Assembly (NCBI GenBank): GCA_964615185.1
Contig: CAZTOS010000036.1
Location: 6,985 to 22,125 of the forward strand
Length of the DNA: 15,141 nt
Source: an uncultured Thermococci archaeon
GTDB lineage: Archaea; Methanobacteriota_B; Thermococci; Thermococcales; Thermococcaceae
Reading direction: 5' to 3'
In this document: in pieces, positions 8,603 through 15,141 of the stretch
How the letters are laid out: every line of letters begins with the position of its first letter
Position numbering within the stretch: position 1 is the stretch's first letter
Made by a program: the position numbers and the translations under genes
Notes under the pieces: generated by a model
The model's input: only the letters and a program-made list of their open reading frames with translations
Database searches by the model: none
What the model was told of the DNA's origin: nothing

Positions 8603-8626
8603 AAGAAATTGAATAAAAATCAAAAA
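8603..8626 (-). terminator. T-rich terminator after purQ
   Basis: Minus strand TTTTTGATTTTTATTCAATTTCTT immediately follows the purQ stop. Confidence 0.5.
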
Positions 8627-9298
8627 TCACCTTTTAGCATACTCCACCATAGATTTGAACACCTTTAGCCCATCTTCACTTCCTAACCATCTGTCACTTG
8701 CCCTTTCTGGATGAGGCATCATGCCAAGAACGTTGCCATTCTCGTTGCTTATTCCCGCTATATTTAACAGAGAACCGTTTGGATTAGCATCTTCTGTGAT
8801 GTCGCCATTCTCATCGCTGTATTGAAAGACTATCCTAACTTTGCCCAAATCATTGGCGTAATAATTGCCCTCAGCATGAGCTATTGGCATTCTAATGACT
8901 TCCCCTTCTTTGTAAAAGCCTGTAAAAGCTGTTTCAGTGTCTGCAACTCTAAGATAGACCCACTTACATAGGAATCTTGGAATTTTGTTTGGCCTCAAAG
9001 CACCGGGCAGAAGCTTAGCTTCAGTTAGAATTTGAAAGCCGTTGCATATTCCGAGCACTGGTTTTCCTTCTTTGGCAAGTTCTTTAACCTCCTCCATTAT
9101 CCCAGCCCTCGCGCTTATCGCTCCAGCCCTTAGGTAATCAGCATAGCTAAAACCGCCGGGCAAAACAACACCATCAAAGTCTTTCAAGCTTTCCTTATAC
9201 CAAACTCTCTCCGCTTTTCCACCAGCTTTTTTGATTGCTTCAACTGTTTCAAAGTCACAGTTTGTCCCTGGAAACACTATAACAGCGAACTTTGGCAT
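8627..9298 (-). CDS. purQ: Phosphoribosylformylglycinamidine synthase glutaminase subunit PurQ, 223 aa
   Basis: [20 protein letters not shown], catalytic GICNGFQIL and [10 protein letters not shown] 9298 with SD AGGTGA at 9304-9309. Confidence 0.97.
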   Translation of the reverse strand: MPKFAVIVFPGTNCDFETVEAIKKAGGKAERVWYKESLKDFDGVVLPGGFSYADYLRAGAISARAGIMEEVKELAKEGKPVLGICNGFQILTEAKLLPGALRPNKIPRFLCKWVYLRVADTETAFTGFYKEGEVIRMPIAHAEGNYYANDLGKVRIVFQYSDENGDITEDANPNGSLLNIAGISNENGNVLGMMPHPERASDRWLGSEDGLKVFKSMVEYAKR

Positions 9299-9299
9299 C

Positions 9300-9545
9300 T
9301 CACTCACCTATATTTTCAATGCTGTATTCATAAGTGTGGATAACTGGATTCGCTAGTAAGCGTTTACACATCTCCTCAACGTCCTTCTCTGGATTTTCGC
9401 TCTCAAAAACCACCTCAAAGTATTTCGGGACTTTTAGGTCTGCAATTTTGTAACCCAAGTTCTTCAAAGCTTTTCCAATTACCCTTCCTTCTGGGTCGTT
9501 GAGCCCTTCCTTTAAGCGAACGATAATTTTTGCCTTATATTTCAT
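9300..9545 (-). CDS. purS: Phosphoribosylformylglycinamidine synthase subunit PurS, 81 aa
   Basis: [10 protein letters not shown] and [11 protein letters not shown] motifs. ATG 9545 with SD GAGGTGA at 9551-9557. Adjacent to purQ. Confidence 0.95.
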   Translation of the reverse strand: MKYKAKIIVRLKEGLNDPEGRVIGKALKNLGYKIADLKVPKYFEVVFESENPEKDVEEMCKRLLANPVIHTYEYSIENIGE

Positions 9546-9555
9546 GAGCATCACC

Positions 9556-10695
9556 TCATGTAACAACCTTTTCAAGCTCATCCAGCTCAACAGCTCTCTT
9601 AATCTCAAGCGCAATTCTCCTTCCAGTGCTCATCGGTTTTCTCCATAGGGCATTGCCATAGGGATGCCCCATTGCCATGTGAATATTCGTCCCGCCACCG
9701 GTTCTTGGGGCTACATCGTAGATGTAGAAGTTCAAATCCTTGTCAAGAGCCGTTTGCAAAGTGAAAGGCCCAATTATGCCGGGTGGGTAATACTTTTGTG
9801 TTGCCTCAACGTACTTCTCTGCCATGTCAAAGACCTTCTCAAGCAAAGACTCCCTCAAAGTCGAGCTTGCATGACCGCAGACAGTATATTCAGGCTCGAA
9901 TTGATGTTCAGGCAAAGTCAATTGTTGTGGAGCTGGCAATCTAACATGGCCATCTAAGCTTGTCTCGAAGCGCCAGTCAATTCCTAAAAGCTCAATCTCC
10001 CCATCAATGGGCGAATAGAAGAAGTCGAAGTTAAAGACTGGACCAATGATATAGCGCTCAATCCTCGCTTTGGCTAAGTCCTCCTCTGTGATTACACTGA
10101 GTTTCATCAGCTTCTCAGCCTTTTCTTTGAACTCTTTGTAACTTGCAGCGGTGAAGAAACCGCGCTCAAGCCTTTTCTTTGCATGAGGAAGTTTAACTAT
10201 TACCAGCTCGTTTATATCCTTTGGGTCTCCAATCGGCTCCGGATAGGGCAAACCAGCTTTTTCAAGGAGCCAGTAGTAGCTCTTCTCTTCACTCCTTTCT
10301 TCACTTCTGAGCAAATTACGGCTTCCAAAGAGTGGCACTAAAAAGTCGTTTTCAACCTTGTCAATGCCCGTATAGACAACAAACGAACGGTTTGGAATAA
10401 AGATGACGTTTCTCTTTCTGAGCTCTTCTTGAATCTCAATTATCTTGGCAAATTTCTCTAAAATTATTACCTCATCAATGAAACCCTTGGTCAAGCCATC
10501 TTTTGTCCTCTTTTCCTTGAAGTAGTGAGCATAAGTTCTGTGTCTCCCTCTTTGGGAAACTATAAGTGTTTTAAAGCCTTCCTCTTTGGCTCCATCGGCT
10601 ATATCCAGAGCTGAATGACTCCCAATTGCTCCGATAATTATGTTCTCCTTATTGTAATTTTCCAGAACCTCCAAAATCTGCTCTCTTGTAATCAT
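9556..10695 (-). CDS. purP: PurP-family ATP-grasp protein (FAICAR synthetase-like), 379 aa
   Basis: GSHSALDI, FGSRNLLRSEER, TLRESLLEKVF, PPGIIGPFTLQ, PMSTGRRIALEI. ATG 10695 with SD GGGGGTGA at 10701-10708. Family call is firm; exact activity of this paralog is uncertain. Confidence 0.88.
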   Translation of the reverse strand: MITREQILEVLENYNKENIIIGAIGSHSALDIADGAKEEGFKTLIVSQRGRHRTYAHYFKEKRTKDGLTKGFIDEVIILEKFAKIIEIQEELRKRNVIFIPNRSFVVYTGIDKVENDFLVPLFGSRNLLRSEERSEEKSYYWLLEKAGLPYPEPIGDPKDINELVIVKLPHAKKRLERGFFTAASYKEFKEKAEKLMKLSVITEEDLAKARIERYIIGPVFNFDFFYSPIDGEIELLGIDWRFETSLDGHVRLPAPQQLTLPEHQFEPEYTVCGHASSTLRESLLEKVFDMAEKYVEATQKYYPPGIIGPFTLQTALDKDLNFYIYDVAPRTGGGTNIHMAMGHPYGNALWRKPMSTGRRIALEIKRAVELDELEKVVT

Positions 10696-10700
10696 ATCAT

Positions 10701-11996
10701 TCACCCCCTAATCGCTTTCATAATCTCAATTCTCTTAGCTATGCTTTCATTAGTTCCCACATCCTTGCGGTAGAAGATTTCACCCTTGACGTGCTTTATT
10801 CCAGCCGAAGCAATCTTTTCTGCCTCTTCCAATGAATCAGCAATTCCAACAATTGCTAAAGCTCTTGAACCAAGAAGAGTGAGGTTCTCATCAATCGATG
10901 CATAGTAAATCTTTGCTCCGCCTTCCAAAATTTTAGCTTCATTAACCTGGATTTGGACTCCTTTCACTGGATTTTCTGGATAGCCTTTTGGTGCAATGTA
11001 CTTCACAACAGTAGCTTTCTTTTCAAACTCTGCTTTCTTGACGTTTCCATCCACTATTCCCTCAGCTATTTCAAGAAGTGGAGTCTTCAGAATAGGCAGA
11101 ACATTCATTGCCTCCGGATCACCAAAGCGGGCATTATATTCAATGATTTTCGGTTCATCCTTAGCAAGCATGAACTGGCCGTAGAGAATCCCCTTATAAG
11201 GAGTTCCTTCTTTTCTCATAGCTTCAACGGTCTTTTTGAGCGTTTCAAGGGCTTTTTCATAATCTTCTTTTGGTATGAAAGGCAACAAGTGGTTTTCACA
11301 AGAATAAGAACCCATTCCGCCTGTTATTGGCCCAACATCACCATCATAAGCATGTGGATAATCTTGAGCCAAAGGCATTGGAATGACCTTCTTCCCATCT
11401 GTGAAGACTTGGAAAGTAAATTCAATGCCATCTGTGCGTTCCTCTATGAGAACCTTTCCGTCTTTTTCTATGAGAGCCTTTGCATAAGCTTTTGCTTCTT
11501 CATTGTCCTTAAGCTGGTGGCCAACTACTTTAACCCCCTTCCCACCTGTTAAGCCAAGGGGTTTAACCACAACAGGCTTTCCAAACTCATCAACCCACGC
11601 TCTCATTTCTGCAACATCATCAAAGACTTTGAAGAGCTTTCTTCCTGGGATTTTATGCCTTTCCATCAAAGCCCTCGCAAAAGCCTTGTTAGTCTCAAGC
11701 CGCGCAGCCTCTTTTGATGGCCCAACCGTTGGAACGCCATTCTCTTCTAAACGGTTGACAATGCCTTTCTCTAAAGGAGCCTCTGGACCGATAAAAGCCA
11801 AATCAACATTCCACTTTAGAGCAAAATCTAAGACTTTTTCAACATCAGTTTCTTTTGCTATTCCATATTCCTCTGCCATTCTTCTTATTCCAGGGTTAAC
11901 ATGCTTAGCTACAACGTAAAGTTCAGCTCCGCTCTTCACGAGGGCTTCGGCAATTGCACTTTCTCTACCACCAGCACCAACCAAGAGAACTTTCAT
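10701..11996 (-). CDS. purD: Phosphoribosylamine-glycine ligase, 431 aa
   Basis: MKVLLVGAGGRE, GPEAPL, GGKGV, GPITGGMGSYS, EYNARFGDPE. ATG 11996 with SD GGTGA at 12002-12006. Confidence 0.97.
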   Translation of the reverse strand: MKVLLVGAGGRESAIAEALVKSGAELYVVAKHVNPGIRRMAEEYGIAKETDVEKVLDFALKWNVDLAFIGPEAPLEKGIVNRLEENGVPTVGPSKEAARLETNKAFARALMERHKIPGRKLFKVFDDVAEMRAWVDEFGKPVVVKPLGLTGGKGVKVVGHQLKDNEEAKAYAKALIEKDGKVLIEERTDGIEFTFQVFTDGKKVIPMPLAQDYPHAYDGDVGPITGGMGSYSCENHLLPFIPKEDYEKALETLKKTVEAMRKEGTPYKGILYGQFMLAKDEPKIIEYNARFGDPEAMNVLPILKTPLLEIAEGIVDGNVKKAEFEKKATVVKYIAPKGYPENPVKGVQIQVNEAKILEGGAKIYYASIDENLTLLGSRALAIVGIADSLEEAEKIASAGIKHVKGEIFYRKDVGTNESIAKRIEIMKAIRG

Positions 11997-12000
11997 ACTC

Positions 12001-12073
12001 TTCACCAAAAATTTGTTAAAATTTTTACTTTTTAAGCTTTATTTTAACATAAATATGTCGAAAATTTTATAAG
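12001..12073. promoter_or_regulatory. Divergent purD/purE promoters with palindromic boxes
   Basis: Boxes TTCACCAA-AAAT-TTGTTAAA (12001-12020) and TTTAACAT-AAAT-ATGTCGAA (12043-12062). The purD TATA region ATAAAGCTTAAAAAG (minus) lies between them. purE BRE-TATA CGAAAAT-TTTATAAG at 12059-12073. Confidence 0.72.
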
Positions 12074-12104
12074 CTTGAACACAGAAAAGCGAGCTGGTGG
12101 TAGA

Positions 12105-12536
12105 ATGAAGGTGCTCGTTGTCATGGGTAGCAAAAGTGACTCTCACATAGCTGAAAAAGTCACAAAAGTGCTGGATGAATTTGGCGTTAAATACGATGTT
12201 GAAGTTGCTTCAGCCCATAGGAACCCTAAAAAGGTTGAAGAGCTGGCAAAAAAAGACTACGACATTTTCATAGCCATTGCCGGACTCAGCGCAGCTTTGC
12301 CTGGAGTTATAGCTTCCCACACAACAAAACCCGTTATTGGTGTTCCAGTCTCTGCCAAGCTCGGCGGCTTAGATGCTCTTTTGAGCATAGCTCAGATGCC
12401 TCCTGGAATTCCGGTTGCTGCGGTAGGAATAGACAATGGAAAGAATGCGGCTTTGCTTGCTATTGAGATTTTGGCGCTAAAAGATGAGAGCTTAAAGAAA
12501 AAGCTTGAGGAATACAGAGAAAAGATGAGAAGTTAA
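12105..12536 (+). CDS. purE: PurE (AIR carboxylase / N5-CAIR mutase), 143 aa
   Basis: [42 protein letters not shown] 12105 with SD GGTGG at 12096-12100. Confidence 0.96.
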   Translation: MKVLVVMGSKSDSHIAEKVTKVLDEFGVKYDVEVASAHRNPKKVEELAKKDYDIFIAIAGLSAALPGVIASHTTKPVIGVPVSAKLGGLDALLSIAQMPPGIPVAAVGIDNGKNAALLAIEILALKDESLKKKLEEYREKMRS

Positions 12537-13777
12537 ACAAGTGCTTCCAAGCTTCTTTTTGCAATTTTTATGAGTTCCTCGGGAGTTAATACTTCAATCC
12601 CTTCAGGTTCTCTTTCGAGGGCGTCCTCAGATGGAACAACAAGAACCTTCCTGCATCTGAACTTAGAGAGTTTTTCCTCAATTTTTTTCACTTCTTCACG
12701 CTTAACCCTGCTTTTCCACTTAACCTCTCCTATCAGCTCAAGTTTGCTGAAGCCCATTAGTGCGATATCAAGCTCAAGATCTGGGAGCTCAACCTTTACT
12801 GGCCTCAGGCCATAAGCCTTAGCCAGAAGACTCTCAATGAAGCCCTCAACATGCCTTGGAACCTTCTCATCAACAGCCTTCCTAATGAACTCTTTGGGTG
12901 TCTCAAGCTCGGTGTAGGCATACTTTGCCTCAAGATAGAAGTGGAGGTCAAGGAGGGGGGATGCTATTGAGTAGCGGAAGCGCCTTTTCTTTCCATGGAT
13001 TGGCTTTTTCTTTATGAATCCCATCGAGGACAGCACTTTGAGATACTTCTGGATGCTGGAGGGGGATTCAATTAATCCTTTGGAAAGCAGATAGCTTCCA
13101 ATTTCACCGCTCTTTGATTTTCCATCCGCTATCGAATGAAGAACACCCTGATAAACCTCGGAGAAGAAAACCTCTTCTTCAGTAAAAGTTTCTCCTATGA
13201 GATCCTTAATGACCGGCGCTGAAGAGTGCAGGTAATCAGTCAGGAACTCCCTGAGTGGAGGCTTGTAAGAGGGTACGAGCATTGGCTCACGGAGGTACGT
13301 TGAAGCCTCAATAATTTCTTTTCCATCCACTTCCTTTGACAGCTCTACGAGGATCTCTCTTTCGTCGATTAGACCAACCTTGACGGGAAGCACTATCCCG
13401 AGGAGGGGACTTTCACGCATTGAGAGAATTCTCACTGCCAGCCATAGGGTCGAAGTTATGAGAATAAGCTCGCTTTCCAAGGTCGAGTAAGCGTGAAGGA
13501 GATCAAGAAAGCCATCTGGAAGGCGATGAAACTCATCTATTATAATTTTCTCTTTTCCAAGATGGTCAAGGAATTCTTTCCGAAACTCATCGTAGTTCAT
13601 GTACTTGCCTGAAGTTAAATCGAGTATAGTCCCATCACGATTTACGAAGTAGAATTTATCATGTTCAACGAAGTGCTGAACGAGAAAGGTCTTTCCCGTC
13701 TTTCTTCTTCCATAGAGCATTTTCCAGCCTTCACCCTCAAGCTGTGCAAGTTCAATTCTTCTTGGAATGATTCTCAT
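12533..13777 (-). CDS. Archaeal ATPase (ATPase_2-type) with winged-helix region and C-terminal DUF234/PD-(D/E)xK-like domain
   Basis: Walker [10 protein letters not shown] and Walker B IIIDEFH. HTH-like [15 protein letters not shown]...[15 protein letters not shown]-terminal ELDIAL...IGEVKW. Stop overlaps the purE stop (convergent). Confidence 0.88.
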   Translation of the reverse strand: MRIIPRRIELAQLEGEGWKMLYGRRKTGKTFLVQHFVEHDKFYFVNRDGTILDLTSGKYMNYDEFRKEFLDHLGKEKIIIDEFHRLPDGFLDLLHAYSTLESELILITSTLWLAVRILSMRESPLLGIVLPVKVGLIDEREILVELSKEVDGKEIIEASTYLREPMLVPSYKPPLREFLTDYLHSSAPVIKDLIGETFTEEEVFFSEVYQGVLHSIADGKSKSGEIGSYLLSKGLIESPSSIQKYLKVLSSMGFIKKKPIHGKKRRFRYSIASPLLDLHFYLEAKYAYTELETPKEFIRKAVDEKVPRHVEGFIESLLAKAYGLRPVKVELPDLELDIALMGFSKLELIGEVKWKSRVKREEVKKIEEKLSKFRCRKVLVVPSEDALEREPEGIEVLTPEELIKIAKRSLEALV

Positions 13778-13815
13778 GAGAATGATTCTAATTAGAATCT
13801 TTTTAAGGATTTCGG
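13754..13815 (-). promoter_or_regulatory. ATPase promoter with three tandem palindromic units (15-bp period)
   Basis: AATTCT-TCTT-GGAATG (13754-13769), GATTCT-CATG-AGAATG (13769-13784), GATTCT-AATT-AGAATC (13784-13799, perfect palindrome). Minus-strand BRE-TATA CCGAAAT-CCTTAAAA at 13801-13815. Confidence 0.65.
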
Positions 13816-13869
13816 TTGGAAAGATGTTAAAGTTGATTTAGTGAAAAAATTAAAGGAACCTTAAAAAAT

Positions 13870-15141
13870 TCAAAGAAGATGCTTCTTTTTTATGAACTCT
13901 TGGCTTTGCCATTCCCCACTTCTTGTTTTGAGCTCTATCATATGGGCAACTTGCTCTGCCTTTTTCTTCGCGACCTGCACATCTCTGTCCCAGGCTAAAG
14001 CCACTCCTAATCTCCTTCCTTTGTACGCTGAAGGCTTTCCGAATAATCTCACAGTTGTATTCGGAATGTTCAATGCCCTAAAAACGTTCCTGAACCTTGG
14101 ACTAAAGCCTTCTTGATTTGCTAAAATTACATGAGTTGCCGCTGGAGTTAGGATTGGGAATTTCCTAATACCATTCTCTTCGATAGCTGGAATTGGCAAG
14201 CCTAAAACAGCTCTAACGTGAAGACCGAACTCTGAAAAGCCAGTAGGATGGGATGCCATGGTCACCATTCCCGTATCGTGAGGCCTTGGTGAAACCTCAT
14301 TCGCCCATACCTTGTCGCCTTTGACAAACATCTCCACACCAAAGATTCCAAGACCTCCAAGGACGTCGGTGATCTTCTTGGCTATTCTATACACCTCACG
14401 CTCGGCCTTTTCACTTATCTCTGCAGGTTGCCAGCTTGAGTGGTAGTCTCCTTTAATTTGGTAGTGACCAACTGGTTTTGGAAAAGTAGTGACAACTTTG
14501 CCATTTTCATCTAAGTGTCTAACCGCTAATTCTGTAATTTCAATATCAAAATCTATGTGCTCTTCAACGATAATTTTGTCAGCACTTCCCCTTGCCTTCT
14601 TTTTAGCCTCTTCCCATGCTTTTGGAATATCCTCGGGACCCCTAACGAAATAGGAGCCCTTTCCGCTTGAGCTCATTATGGCCTTAGTGTGACATGGGTA
14701 GCCAATCTTTTCGCAGGCATCGTAGAGCTCGTCTAAGGTTGTAGCATGCATGTATCTTGATGTTGGAACTTTTGCTTTCTTTGCAAGTGTTTCCCTCGTC
14801 CTTTCTCTATGCATAGCAATCCAAGTTGCTTTTGCATTTGGAACAACAAAATAACCTTCTTTTTCAAATTCAAAAAGTGCATCAAGGTTTATTGCCTCAA
14901 TTTCTGGGATTATTGCATCGGGCTTTTCCCTCTCAACGACGCTCCACAGGAAGTCTTTGTCCTTCATATTTCCAACATAGCTTTTGTGAGCCACCTGCAT
15001 GGCTGGGGCATTGGGATATCTATCCACCGCAATTACTTCAATTCCCAATCTTTGAGCTTCAATGGCTATTTCTTTTCCAAGCTCACCGCTTCCAAGGAGA
15101 AGGATCTTAACAGCGGAGTCTGTTAAGGGAGTTCCAATTTC
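13870..15141 (-). CDS. purT: Formate-dependent phosphoribosylglycinamide formyltransferase (5' end outside window)
   Basis: Frame is open to the window end (EIGTPLTDSAVKILLLGSGELGKEIAIEAQRLG). Motifs DRYPNAPAMQVAH, MSSSGKG, NEVSPRPHDTGMVT, RLFGKP...RRLGVALA. Confidence 0.97.
   Translation of the reverse strand, partial: EIGTPLTDSAVKILLLGSGELGKEIAIEAQRLGIEVIAVDRYPNAPAMQVAHKSYVGNMKDKDFLWSVVEREKPDAIIPEIEAINLDALFEFEKEGYFVVPNAKATWIAMHRERTRETLAKKAKVPTSRYMHATTLDELYDACEKIGYPCHTKAIMSSSGKGSYFVRGPEDIPKAWEEAKKKARGSADKIIVEEHIDFDIEITELAVRHLDENGKVVTTFPKPVGHYQIKGDYHSSWQPAEISEKAEREVYRIAKKITDVLGGLGIFGVEMFVKGDKVWANEVSPRPHDTGMVTMASHPTGFSEFGLHVRAVLGLPIPAIEENGIRKFPILTPAATHVILANQEGFSPRFRNVFRALNIPNTTVRLFGKPSAYKGRRLGVALAWDRDVQVAKKKAEQVAHMIELKTRSGEWQSQEFIKKKHLL

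Noticed and set aside
4600..8626. Insert as a transposon or integrative element
   Set aside because: No transposase, integrase, tRNA att site, terminal inverted repeats or target-site duplication could be found by eye.
15046..15048. purT start at 15048 as given in the ORF track
   Set aside because: The frame stays open upstream through the conserved LLGSGELGKE motif to the window end, so the true start lies outside the window.

Overview
Thermococcales-type archaeal window (GGAGG/GGTGA Shine-Dalgarno sites, BRE-TATA promoters, a C/D box sRNA) carrying a de novo purine cluster: guaB (+), purL, purQ, purS, a purP-family gene, purD (-), purE (+) and a 5'-truncated purT (-), plus an archaeal ATPase/DUF234 gene. 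Between purQ and purL is an AT-rich ~4 kb insert (about 4626-8490, minus strand) that reads as a RiPP (modified peptide) cluster. It encodes a radical SAM/SPASM enzyme with a C-terminal PqqD/RRE domain, a 37-aa precursor-like peptide missing from the ORF track (6890-7003, MKKVYKPPKVEEENEKDKTYTLMTIKNGMGQCKNTYL, YxxPxV leader motif), a FemAB-like GNAT transferase and an MFS exporter. Also seen: a dual-guide C/D sRNA matching 16S rRNA (1-55), a 20-bp palindromic box at the guaB, purL and purD/purE promoters, a triple 15-bp-period palindrome over the ATPase start, and a probably frameshifted small gene (91-421). All calls come from reading the sequence and recalled motifs; no searches were run.
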